47,620 nucleotides of DNA from a virus (lineage: Duplodnaviria; Heunggongvirae; Uroviricota; Caudoviricetes): positions 239,836 through 287,455 of IMG/VR virus record IMGVR_UViG_3300033076_000838; one strand, 5' to 3'. A program made the position numbers and the translations under genes. Shown piece by piece: positions 36,871-46,693 of the stretch. The notes under the pieces were generated by a model. That model was not told the origin of the DNA. It saw only the letters and a list, made by a program, of their open reading frames with translations, and searched no databases. The stretch's first letter is position 1. Every line of letters begins with the position of its first letter.

Positions 36871-39800
36871 ATGGCACAAATAATTAAACATAGACGTGGT
36901 TCGCTGGAATCCGTTGCAAGTGCTACTAAAAGAGCCGGTGAATTGTTAGTTGTAACGGGTTCGGCAGGAATTACGGCAACTAATGGTAACTCTATCTTAT
37001 TCGTAGGTATTGATGGTTCGACAGTAACACCAGCAAACAAAATTTTACAAGGTACATCAGTACCAGATTTATCTGGTGCTTCATATGATACATCGGTAGA
37101 TGGTATTCCATTTTATAATACCTCTACTCAAAAATTATACATCTTAAATAAAGGTGGAAATGTTGAAATTAAAGCAACTGCAAACACCGGTGGTACGGGA
37201 ATAGTTTCGGGTTCTTCTCAAATTACTCCATTATTACCAATTGGGACAGTTAGTGGTTCATCACAAATAACAATTTCATCCACAACCGGATACTCAACAT
37301 TTAGTTCATCATTAGATAGTAGATTAGTAACTATTTCTACAAATGTAACTGAATTATTTTCAACTGCATCAGACCACGAAAGTAGAATTGATACAATTGA
37401 AACTTCAATTGGCGGTGGAAGTGGTATTGGATTGCGTGTAACTAATTTAGAAACATATACTGGGTCACAAGATGCTAAAAATATCACACTTGCATCATAT
37501 ACTGCATCAGTAACAAATGATTTAACGGCATTACACACTTTTACTTCTTCTCAAGAAACAAAGAATAGTACTCTTGCAACTTATACTGGTTCAATAAATT
37601 CAGATTTAAGTGCATTACACACTTACACTGCATCAGTAACAAGTGATTTAACTGCGTTACATACATTTACCGCATCACAAGAAAGTAAAAATAGTACTAT
37701 TGCAACTTATACTGGTTCAGTAAATTCAGATTTAAGTGCTTTACATACATTTACTTCTTCACAAGAAAGTAAAAATTCAACATTAGCAACTTACACTGGT
37801 TCAGTAACATCTAATATTTCTGCTATACATGAATTTACTGCATCACAAGTAAATCAAAACGCTAAATTAGCAACTACCGGTTCAAATATATTTCAAGGAA
37901 ATCAAACAATCACTGGTTCACTTTATATTACAAACAATTTAGTAGTACAAGGTTCATCATCTCTACAAAATATCACAGCATCTGCAGTTGATATTGGTAC
38001 TAATGTTGTAAAATTAAATACATCAACTCCTGCGGTTAGATTTGGTGGAGTAAGTGTGCAAGATTCTGGTTCAAACGCAGGTGTAAGTGGTTCTTTATTA
38101 TGGGATTCATTTAATAATCGTTGGTTATATGTTCAGGCATCAGGTAGTGGTGAAGGATATAATTCAGCCATATTAATTGCTGGTCCTAAAAATACAGGAA
38201 CTATTGGTGATGAAGCAACTTTAACATCTGGTTCAATTCAAGTAGCTTTAGGTGAAGACCACATTGGTGATTCAATTATAACACAAAATGTAGGTGCAAC
38301 TAAAATCACTATTGGTGGTGGATTAGATGTAACTGGTACAATTAGTGGTTCAATTGAAGGTATTGGTAATGTTGCTGTATATTCTGCATCAGTAGATAGT
38401 AGATTAGATTCAGTAGAAGCTTCATTAGGTGGTGGTGGTTCTATCGGAACACGTGTATCTGCATTAGAAGCATACACATCATCACAAGATACTAAAAATT
38501 CTACATTAGCAAGTTATACTGGTTCAATTGATACTAAATTTTCAACATTAGCAACTTATACTGGTTCAATTGATGGTAAAATTTCTCAATTAATTGCTGA
38601 TAGTGGTTCACAAGCTGGTAGAATTACTGCTTTAGAAATAAAGAGTTCTTCATTAGATACTAAATTTACAACATTAGCATCTTACACTGGTTCAGTTGAT
38701 ACAACTTTAACTAATTTAAACTCATTTAGTTCATCAATCAACACAACTATTAAAACTAAGTTGAATGTTGAAGGTGTAATTAGTGGTTCTTCACAAGTAT
38801 CATATACAGGATTATCAAATATCCCTGCAGGTATTGTAAGTGGTTCATCTCAATTAAATTCAACTACAATTAATGCATTAAGAGTAACTTCTGGTGAATT
38901 AAGTGGTTCATTTAATGGTACATTCGTAGGTGATGGTAGTGGATTAACTGGTATTGCTAGTACTCTCGCATTGAGTGGTTCGACTGGTAACGATACTGTC
39001 AATTTAAAAACTGAAGCATTATTAGTAACCGGTTCAAATGGTGTTAGTACTGCAGTAACAAATAATACAATTACAATTAGTGGTACGGATGCTTCAACAA
39101 CTGCAAAAGGTGTTGCTTCATTCTCATCTACTAACTTTGCAGTAACAACTGGTAACGTAACAATTAAAGCTGGTGGTGTAACTGCTACTACTTTAAACGC
39201 TAACGTTGCAGGTACTGGTATTTCATTAAATGGTGTTGATAATTCAATCGAAGTAGATTATGGTTCAACTGCAGGAACTGCGGTAGAAGGTAATACTTCT
39301 TTGACTATTCAAGGTACATCAAATGAAATTGAAATTTCAGGTGGTTCAGTAACATTAGGTTCTGGTGGGACAGTTACAATTGGATTACCAAATTCAGTAA
39401 CAATTCCAACCGCATCTATCCAAAATAACTTATCAGTTGGTGGTAATGTTAGTGTAACTGGTAACTTATACGTTCAAGGTACAACAACTACTATTGATTC
39501 TACAACTATTTCATTAGGCGATAATATCATCGAATTAAATGGTTCAGCAGCAGCAAATGGTGGTTTATTAGTTAGAGATGTTACTGCACCTAATACTGTC
39601 TCTGGCTCATTATTATGGGATACAACAAACGACTATTGGAAAGGTGGAGCATTAGGTAGTGAAAAACAATTCGCTAGATTAAACGCAACTCCAACATCTG
39701 GTTCAGTTCAAGTAATCGGTGCAAGTGGTTTATTAGTAGATTCTCATATTACTGATGCAGGTACAAATGTAACAATTACATCTGATTTAGTAATAAACGG

Positions 39801-39939
39801 ATTAACTGCAAACGCATTCGTAGTATCAAACGGAAGTAAAAAATTAATTTCAGTTGCACCTTCAAACGCAGGTGATTTGATTCAATGGAATGGTTCTTCA
39901 TTCGTTGCATCAAACGAAATCGATGGTGGTACTTTCTAA
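36871..39939 (+). CDS. Long S/T/G-rich fibre protein with coiled-coil repeats
   Basis: MAQIIKHRRG N-terminus, ISGSSQ repeats, 29-aa repeats, C-terminal IDGGTF. Confidence 0.75.
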   Translation: MAQIIKHRRGSLESVASATKRAGELLVVTGSAGITATNGNSILFVGIDGSTVTPANKILQGTSVPDLSGASYDTSVDGIPFYNTSTQKLYILNKGGNVEIKATANTGGTGIVSGSSQITPLLPIGTVSGSSQITISSTTGYSTFSSSLDSRLVTISTNVTELFSTASDHESRIDTIETSIGGGSGIGLRVTNLETYTGSQDAKNITLASYTASVTNDLTALHTFTSSQETKNSTLATYTGSINSDLSALHTYTASVTSDLTALHTFTASQESKNSTIATYTGSVNSDLSALHTFTSSQESKNSTLATYTGSVTSNISAIHEFTASQVNQNAKLATTGSNIFQGNQTITGSLYITNNLVVQGSSSLQNITASAVDIGTNVVKLNTSTPAVRFGGVSVQDSGSNAGVSGSLLWDSFNNRWLYVQASGSGEGYNSAILIAGPKNTGTIGDEATLTSGSIQVALGEDHIGDSIITQNVGATKITIGGGLDVTGTISGSIEGIGNVAVYSASVDSRLDSVEASLGGGGSIGTRVSALEAYTSSQDTKNSTLASYTGSIDTKFSTLATYTGSIDGKISQLIADSGSQAGRITALEIKSSSLDTKFTTLASYTGSVDTTLTNLNSFSSSINTTIKTKLNVEGVISGSSQVSYTGLSNIPAGIVSGSSQLNSTTINALRVTSGELSGSFNGTFVGDGSGLTGIASTLALSGSTGNDTVNLKTEALLVTGSNGVSTAVTNNTITISGTDASTTAKGVASFSSTNFAVTTGNVTIKAGGVTATTLNANVAGTGISLNGVDNSIEVDYGSTAGTAVEGNTSLTIQGTSNEIEISGGSVTLGSGGTVTIGLPNSVTIPTASIQNNLSVGGNVSVTGNLYVQGTTTTIDSTTISLGDNIIELNGSAAANGGLLVRDVTAPNTVSGSLLWDTTNDYWKGGALGSEKQFARLNATPTSGSVQVIGASGLLVDSHITDAGTNVTITSDLVINGLTANAFVVSNGSKKLISVAPSNAGDLIQWNGSSFVASNEIDGGTF
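37453..37860 (+). repeat. Imperfect tandem ~87-nt (29-aa) coding repeats SQExKNSTLATYTGSVNSDLSALHTFT
   Basis: Visible in both protein and DNA, about 4 units; boundaries approximate. Confidence 0.8.
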
Positions 39940-39961
39940 TCGAATAAAATAAAAAAATAAG

Positions 39962-39992
39962 AATCCCTCACAATAGTGGGGGATTTTTTTTT
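39962..39992 (+). terminator. Rho-independent terminator
   Basis: AATCCCTCAC-AATA-GTGGGGGATT plus T run. Confidence 0.85.
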
Positions 39993-40097
39993 AACTTTTG
40001 GTTTTACAATACTTATATAAGTGTAAATGGCATTATGCATAGGGGAAATTTACCAATTATTTATATTTATATGAAATAAAATAGGAAATCACAATAA

Positions 40098-43000
40098 ATG
40101 GCTGCAATATTAAAATTAAGAAGAGGTTCAACTACTCCAACTTCGTTAGAACAATCGGAACTATTCTATAATAGTACTTTAGCAACAATTCAAGTTGGTA
40201 AGAGTAGTGCAACTAATGACAATATTACATTAGTAAAATTAACGGAAACAAATACCGGAAATTTACAAATAGTAGGAACAATTTCAGGTTCATACTTAAC
40301 TCTTAATAATGATATTACGGCATCAAACGCGTATTTTAGAGGCGATGTTCGTTTAGATGGTCAAATTATTTTAGGTGATGTTCCTCAAGATAATATTAAT
40401 GTAAATGCACAATTTAGTGGTTCATTAATCCCATCTGCTTCAACATTTGATTTAGGTTCTAATACTAAAAAATGGAATAATGTATATGCAAATAATATAA
40501 ATGGTAGTGTTACTGATTCAAATTTATTGAACTTTACATCTTCTATAAATGCATTTACATCTTCACAAGAAACTAAAAATACAACATTAGGAACTTACAC
40601 AGGTTCGGTTAATTCTCAATTAACTGAATTATATTCAACTGCATCAAATCACGAAACACGTTTAGATTTAGTTGAAGGTGAATTTTCATCATCATTATAT
40701 AGTAAAGTAACATCATTAATTAACCATACTGGTTCATATGCAACAACTGGTTCTAATGTATTTACAAATTCACAATATATTAGTGGTGCATTAGAAATTT
40801 ATTCATCTAGTAATGCAGAAATTCGTTTAAGAAATGGTAATCTAAATTTAGATTATCATATTCAAAATACTGCAGGTGGTAATTTCAGTATTCATAATAA
40901 CGCATTAGGAGCATCAATATTTAGAATTGATTCTGGTTCATCAGTTACAACATCACATGCACATTTCTTTGGTGATTTATTTGTAAGTAAATCAGTAATA
41001 GCAGAACAAGCAGTAACAGCACCACTTATCACTACTACTAATCTTATAGTAAATGGTGGTTCGATTAGTGGTTCTATAACTGGTATTGGTAATGTTGCTA
41101 ATTATTCACAATCAATTGATAGTAGAATACAAAGTTTAAATGGATATACAAGTTCTAACGATTTAGATATAACTGAATTATATTCAACTGCATCTAATCA
41201 TGAGACTAGAATTGATGGAATACAAGATTATACTGCATCATTAAGAACCGCAATCGATGTAAGTGGAACACATGTAACAATTAATGGTGACCTTTCCGTA
41301 TTAGGAACAACAACTCAAATCAATTCTACACAAGTTAATATTGGTGAAAATATATTAGAATTAAATTATGGTGGTTCTGCTACAACTGCAGGTATTATTA
41401 CAAAAGATGCAACAGGTGGTTCTACTATTAGTGGTTCATTACTTTGGGATGCCACGAATGATTATTGGAAAGGTGGTAAATTAGGTAATGAAAGTAAATT
41501 ATTAAGAGCAGGTGGAGATAGTGTAGTTTCTGGTTCTGCACAAATTAGTTTAGTAGATACTGCAGATTATGTATCCGCAATTAAAAATAGATTAAATATA
41601 GAAAGTGTAATTTCATCTTCTACACAAGTAGATGTATTTAACACTACAAATTTTGTTTCATATTCATCATCAGTTGATTCTCGTTTAACACAATTATCAA
41701 TTGATTCTGTCTCACAAGATGGTAGATTAGATAATTTAGAATTATTTAGTGGTTCACAAATTACCAAAAATTCAACATTAGCAACATATACAGGTTCTAA
41801 TGATACAAAATGGAATATATTAGGTAGTGTAACTGCATCTTTAATTAACGCAACATCATCATATGAAACTACTGGTAGAAACATAGTAAGTGGTTCTTCA
41901 CAATTAACTGCTTCATATGATTTAAGATACGCAAATTCAGCATCATTCCATAATTTGGTTGGTGCATGGGATTATGGAATACAAGGTTCAATTAGAGATT
42001 CTGCGTTTTATAGTGTAACATCATCCGCACAATTAGACACTGGTTCAATTACATCGGCATCGTTAAATGATACATTCATCTTTACTGCAGGTGCAACTAA
42101 GGAATATGTCAATTGGAGAACCGAAGCAATTTTAAATGCAATTGCGGTAGCAGATATTACTGCAGTAGGTGCAGGTAATGGTTTAAGTGGTGGTGGTACA
42201 AGTGGTGATGTAACTTTAACATTAGATACTGGTTCTACTCATTTTACGAATGGTGTTAAAAATAAATTAAATACCGATGGTGTAATTAGTGGTTCATCAC
42301 AATTAGATGGTACGTTTATCAACAACTTATCTGGTTCATTTACTGGTTCATTTAAGGGTAATGTGAATGGTGTTGCAACATATTCTACGAATGCGACAGT
42401 AACAAACGTTTCCAATAATGCAGATTACGCAGTAGTATTGACAACTGCTGGTGTAAATGGATATTTAGGATTATCTACTGATGGTGTTGCAGGAATGTAT
42501 TGGAATCCGTCAGTAAATAAATTATCACTTACTGGTTCGGTACAAGTAGTAACCGGTGGTATTACTGGTTCAATTGCAGCTACAAATGGTGTTGTTAGTG
42601 GTTCATCACAAATAACAATTGGAGAAACTAGTGGATTTAATGTATTTTCAGCATCAGTTGATTATAGATTAGACCAATTAGAAGGAGATACTGGCTCTCA
42701 AGATGTTAGATTAGATGCATTAGAAGCGTTTACATCATCACAAGAAACTAAAAATACAACATTAGGAACATATACTGGTTCAATTGATACTACTTTGACT
42801 AACTTAAATTCATTTAGTTCTTCAATCAATACAACGATTAAAACTAAATTGAATGTTGAAGGTGTAATTTCAGGTTCTTCACAAATTGTAAATATATTAG
42901 GTCCTCTTAATGCATTTAGTGCATCACAAGAAACTAAAAATACAACATTAGCAACTTATACTGGTTCGGTAGATAGTTCTTTATCACAATTAAACGCAGT

Positions 43001-43931
43001 ATCACATTCTCATTCAAATAAAGCTAATTTAGATACTATAAATCAAAACTTAGCAACAAATTCGGATGTTACGTTTGGTAGTTTCCATACATCGGGTACT
43101 GGTTCAATTGGAACTAATTTGACCGTTTGGGGTAATTTGACAGTATTTGGTACTCAATCTATTATTAATTCTCAAAATTTAGAAGTTGCCGATAATATTA
43201 TTTATCTTGCACCAACAGCTAGTGGAGATTGGGATTTAGGTATTGTTGGTCATTATAATGATGGAACATACAAACATGCAGGTATTTTCTCTGATGCAAG
43301 TGATGGTCATGCTTGGAAAGTATTTAAAGATTTAACAAACGAAACAACTGGTTCGGTAGATACATCTGCACCAACATTTACATTAGCAGATTTCAAAGCA
43401 GCAAACTTTACGGGTACATCATTTAATGGTGTAATAAACGCTACAAATGGTGTATTAAGTGGTTCATTGCAAGCACAATTACCAATTGGTACTATTAGTG
43501 GTTCATCGCAAGTAACATTATCTTCAACAACTGGTGGTGGTACATCTGCAAACGTACAATTTGGTTCATTAGGAATCGGAATGGCTGCAAGTGGAACTAC
43601 TGGTAGAATTGATGCTACAAATGATATTGTGGCGTACTCATCATCAGATAGAAGATTTAAAGATAATATCAAACCAATCGAAAATGCGTTAGATAAAATT
43701 AACCAAATCGGTGGATATGAATTTGATTGGAAAGAAGAAAATAAAATAGAACATGGATATGAAGGACATGATTTAGGAGTTATCGCTCAAGAAATTGAAG
43801 CAATTGCACCGGAATTAGTTCAAACTCGTGAAAATGGATATAAAGCAGTTAAATATGATAAGTTAGTTTCAGTATTAATTCAAGCTGTAAAAGAACTTTC
43901 TGCAAAAGTAACCGAATTAGAAAACAAATAA
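40098..43931 (+). CDS. Tail fibre protein with C-terminal intramolecular chaperone (peptidase S74)
   Basis: SSDRRFKDNI...GVIAQEIEAIAPELV...V.YDKLV..LIQAVKEL. Confidence 0.85.
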   Translation: MAAILKLRRGSTTPTSLEQSELFYNSTLATIQVGKSSATNDNITLVKLTETNTGNLQIVGTISGSYLTLNNDITASNAYFRGDVRLDGQIILGDVPQDNINVNAQFSGSLIPSASTFDLGSNTKKWNNVYANNINGSVTDSNLLNFTSSINAFTSSQETKNTTLGTYTGSVNSQLTELYSTASNHETRLDLVEGEFSSSLYSKVTSLINHTGSYATTGSNVFTNSQYISGALEIYSSSNAEIRLRNGNLNLDYHIQNTAGGNFSIHNNALGASIFRIDSGSSVTTSHAHFFGDLFVSKSVIAEQAVTAPLITTTNLIVNGGSISGSITGIGNVANYSQSIDSRIQSLNGYTSSNDLDITELYSTASNHETRIDGIQDYTASLRTAIDVSGTHVTINGDLSVLGTTTQINSTQVNIGENILELNYGGSATTAGIITKDATGGSTISGSLLWDATNDYWKGGKLGNESKLLRAGGDSVVSGSAQISLVDTADYVSAIKNRLNIESVISSSTQVDVFNTTNFVSYSSSVDSRLTQLSIDSVSQDGRLDNLELFSGSQITKNSTLATYTGSNDTKWNILGSVTASLINATSSYETTGRNIVSGSSQLTASYDLRYANSASFHNLVGAWDYGIQGSIRDSAFYSVTSSAQLDTGSITSASLNDTFIFTAGATKEYVNWRTEAILNAIAVADITAVGAGNGLSGGGTSGDVTLTLDTGSTHFTNGVKNKLNTDGVISGSSQLDGTFINNLSGSFTGSFKGNVNGVATYSTNATVTNVSNNADYAVVLTTAGVNGYLGLSTDGVAGMYWNPSVNKLSLTGSVQVVTGGITGSIAATNGVVSGSSQITIGETSGFNVFSASVDYRLDQLEGDTGSQDVRLDALEAFTSSQETKNTTLGTYTGSIDTTLTNLNSFSSSINTTIKTKLNVEGVISGSSQIVNILGPLNAFSASQETKNTTLATYTGSVDSSLSQLNAVSHSHSNKANLDTINQNLATNSDVTFGSFHTSGTGSIGTNLTVWGNLTVFGTQSIINSQNLEVADNIIYLAPTASGDWDLGIVGHYNDGTYKHAGIFSDASDGHAWKVFKDLTNETTGSVDTSAPTFTLADFKAANFTGTSFNGVINATNGVLSGSLQAQLPIGTISGSSQVTLSSTTGGGTSANVQFGSLGIGMAASGTTGRIDATNDIVAYSSSDRRFKDNIKPIENALDKINQIGGYEFDWKEENKIEHGYEGHDLGVIAQEIEAIAPELVQTRENGYKAVKYDKLVSVLIQAVKELSAKVTELENK

Positions 43932-43957
43932 ATACTTATAGTAAACAATTTAAATTT

Positions 43958-44596
43958 ATGGCACAAATCATTAAATTCAAACGTTCCACTACAAGTGGGG
44001 CAGTTCCCACTACTGGTTCGTTAGAATATGGTGAAATTGCTATGAACGTTACCGATGGTAAAGTTTTTTTCAAAAAGGGAAATGATACCATACAAGAATT
44101 AGTTGCTACGAATACTACAAATCCAATAACTGGCTCTGTAAATTTAAGTGGTGCAGTAACTGCATCTGCGTTTGTTGGTGATGGTAGTAGATTAACGAAT
44201 ATTTCAGTATCTCAAAATGCAACAATCCAACGTTCATTTACTAATTCATCAACATGGGTTGTAAACCATAATTTGAATACTCCTAATGCAATTGCACAAG
44301 TATATGATACTGATGGTTATCAAATTATACCATCAACGTTAAGACATACTGATGATAATACTATTACTATTACATTGTCAACAGCCCAAAGTGGTTATGT
44401 TGTTGTAGCAAAGGGTGGTCATATAGTAAGTGGTTCGATTGATTCAAATAACATTAGTGGATTAAGTACATCTATCACAAATCAAGTAAATGTGTTGGGT
44501 GTATTTAGTGGTTCTAGTCAAGTAACGATGAACGGAGATGTAACCGGTACTGCAGCAGCAACAATTATATCACAAATTGATGGAGGTTCTATTTAA
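43958..44596 (+). CDS. Short fibre/adaptor protein
   Basis: MAQIIKFKRS..L.YGEIAMN.TDGKVFF, W.VNHNLNT, C-terminal IDGGSI; paralog of 46694. Confidence 0.7.
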   Translation: MAQIIKFKRSTTSGAVPTTGSLEYGEIAMNVTDGKVFFKKGNDTIQELVATNTTNPITGSVNLSGAVTASAFVGDGSRLTNISVSQNATIQRSFTNSSTWVVNHNLNTPNAIAQVYDTDGYQIIPSTLRHTDDNTITITLSTAQSGYVVVAKGGHIVSGSIDSNNISGLSTSITNQVNVLGVFSGSSQVTMNGDVTGTAAATIISQIDGGSI

Positions 44597-44635
44597 AAAA
44601 CATATATTTATATAGTATAAGTAAAGGAAAAAAAG

Positions 44636-46624
44636 ATGATAATACATAGTCCAATAGTTTCAGGTTCACTAACATTTGCAAATGGTGCAACATTCACTTT
44701 ACCATCTGGTGGTGTATATAGTGGTTCATTTAGTGGTTCATATCAAGGTACTACTTTTACCGGAGGTACATTTTCCGGTAATGGTTCTGCGTTGACGTTT
44801 GGTGGAACTGGAATTATATCAGGCTCATCACAACTTATAACGGATTTTGATGCTAGATATTTAAACACAAGTGGTGATGGTATAGTATCATCTTCTGCAC
44901 AAATACAAAATCTTTTACCTATCGGAACTATTAGTGGTTCATCTCAAGTAAGTTTAGCAAGTGTAACAGGAAATTCAACATCAAACGTAACGGAAGGTTC
45001 TAATTTATATTATACTGATGCAAGAGTTAAAACTAAATTAACTGCGGAAGGTGTAATTAGTGGTTCATCGCAAGTACAATTAGGTTCTGCTAGTGGAAAT
45101 ATCGTGTTGGCAACTCAAACAACTGGTGATTACGTTGCTAGTTTAGTTGCAGGAACAAATATTACCCTTACAAATAATAGTGGTGAAAATGCAACTCCAA
45201 CAATTGGTTTAACAAATAACGCAATAACAATCGCAGGAACTTCAACCGCATTAGGTGGAAGTATCACTGCAGCAACAATATTACAAGGAACAGGCGTAGT
45301 TTCAGGTTCATCTCAAGTAAATGCAGATACTATCACAAACTTTGATAGTAATGTTTTAGAATACAATAATTCATTAGCAGTAGTTAGTGGTTCTGCTTCT
45401 TCGGTTAAAACTTTCTTATCATTAGGAAACGTAACAAACGAAAGTAAAGCAACGATGTTTACTTCTCCTACATTTACTGGGACAGTAAGTGGGGTAACTG
45501 CTACTATGGTTGGATTGGGAAATGTAACAAACGAAAGTAAAGCAACGATGTTTACTTCTCCGGATTTTACAGGTACACCAACTGCACCAACTGCCGCATC
45601 AAATACTAACTCTACACAAATTGCAACAACTGCATACGTTCAACAAGAATTAACGGATTTAATTGGTGGTGCAGCTGCAGCGTTTGATACTTTAATAGAA
45701 ATCTCTGCATCTCTTGCATCTGGAGATTCTAACTTAAATACATTAGTTAGTGGTAAATTAACAAAATCATCTAACCTATCAGATTTAACTGATACATCCG
45801 CAGCTAGAACCAACTTAGGTTTAGCAATCGGTACAAACGTTCAAGCATATAATTCAACACTTGCAGCTGTTGCAGGTGGAACATATAGTGGTGATGATTC
45901 TATTACAACAATAGGGACAGTAACTGCAGGTAGTGTAACCGCTATTTTACCTACGGGTACGATAAGTGGTTCAGCACAAGTAACAGGTCTTTCAAATGCA
46001 CAATTAACTAATTCAACTATTAGTGGTATTGCATTGGGTTCTAACTTAGGAACTTTAACAATTGGTACTGGTTTAAGTGGAACATCATATAATGGTTCTG
46101 CAGGTGTAACGATTGCAAACACAGGTGTAACATCAAACGTTGCTGGTACTGGTGTTAGTGTGAGTGGAGCAACTGGAGCAGTAACAATCTCAATTGGTCA
46201 ATCCGTAGCAACTTCTGCTAACGCACAATTTAATTCATTAGGTATAGGTATGGCTGCATCTGCTACCGCAGGTAGAATTGATGCTACAAACGACATCGTT
46301 GCATACTCATCTTCGGATATTCGTTTTAAGGAAAATATTACTCCTATTGAAAACGCAATAGATAAAATCAATCAAATTGGTGGTTACACTTACGATTGGA
46401 AAGAAGAAAATAAGATTGAGCACGGATATGATGGAAACGATGTAGGTGTAATTGCACAAGAAATTGAGGCAGTTTTACCACAATTAGTTCAGACTAGAGA
46501 AAGTGGATACAAAGCCGTTAAATATGATAAATTAGTTGCACTTTTAATCGAAGGTATTAAAGAACAACAATTCCAAATTGACGAATTAAGAAACAAAATT
46601 GAAAAATTAGAAAACGGAAAATAA
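44636..46624 (+). CDS. Tail fibre protein with C-terminal peptidase S74 chaperone
   Basis: EGSNLYYTDARV, FTGTPTAPTAA..TNSTQIATTAYV, SSDIRFKENI. Confidence 0.85.
   Translation: MIIHSPIVSGSLTFANGATFTLPSGGVYSGSFSGSYQGTTFTGGTFSGNGSALTFGGTGIISGSSQLITDFDARYLNTSGDGIVSSSAQIQNLLPIGTISGSSQVSLASVTGNSTSNVTEGSNLYYTDARVKTKLTAEGVISGSSQVQLGSASGNIVLATQTTGDYVASLVAGTNITLTNNSGENATPTIGLTNNAITIAGTSTALGGSITAATILQGTGVVSGSSQVNADTITNFDSNVLEYNNSLAVVSGSASSVKTFLSLGNVTNESKATMFTSPTFTGTVSGVTATMVGLGNVTNESKATMFTSPDFTGTPTAPTAASNTNSTQIATTAYVQQELTDLIGGAAAAFDTLIEISASLASGDSNLNTLVSGKLTKSSNLSDLTDTSAARTNLGLAIGTNVQAYNSTLAAVAGGTYSGDDSITTIGTVTAGSVTAILPTGTISGSAQVTGLSNAQLTNSTISGIALGSNLGTLTIGTGLSGTSYNGSAGVTIANTGVTSNVAGTGVSVSGATGAVTISIGQSVATSANAQFNSLGIGMAASATAGRIDATNDIVAYSSSDIRFKENITPIENAIDKINQIGGYTYDWKEENKIEHGYDGNDVGVIAQEIEAVLPQLVQTRESGYKAVKYDKLVALLIEGIKEQQFQIDELRNKIEKLENGK
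45431..45561 (+). repeat. Identical 38-bp direct repeat (45431-45468 and 45524-45561), 93-nt period
   Basis: GTAACAAACGAAAGTAAAGCAACGATGTTTACTTCTCC occurs twice (VTNESKATMFTSP). Confidence 0.9.
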
Positions 46625-46693
46625 TTTCCATACTCCTTACATAAGGAGTTTCTAATTTAAGTAATTATATAATGAAATTGGCAAGTCATACAT

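Noticed and set aside
37453-45561. CRISPR array or DGR template/variable repeats
   Set aside because: Repeats are in-frame coding repeats without unique spacers; differences are mostly synonymous rather than adenine-specific; no cas or reverse transcriptase in the window
1742-46122. All minus-strand ORFs and the short nested plus-strand ORFs (14876, 19171) in the ORF track
   Set aside because: They lie within or across longer, motif-supported + strand genes and have shadow-ORF composition with no recognisable motifs
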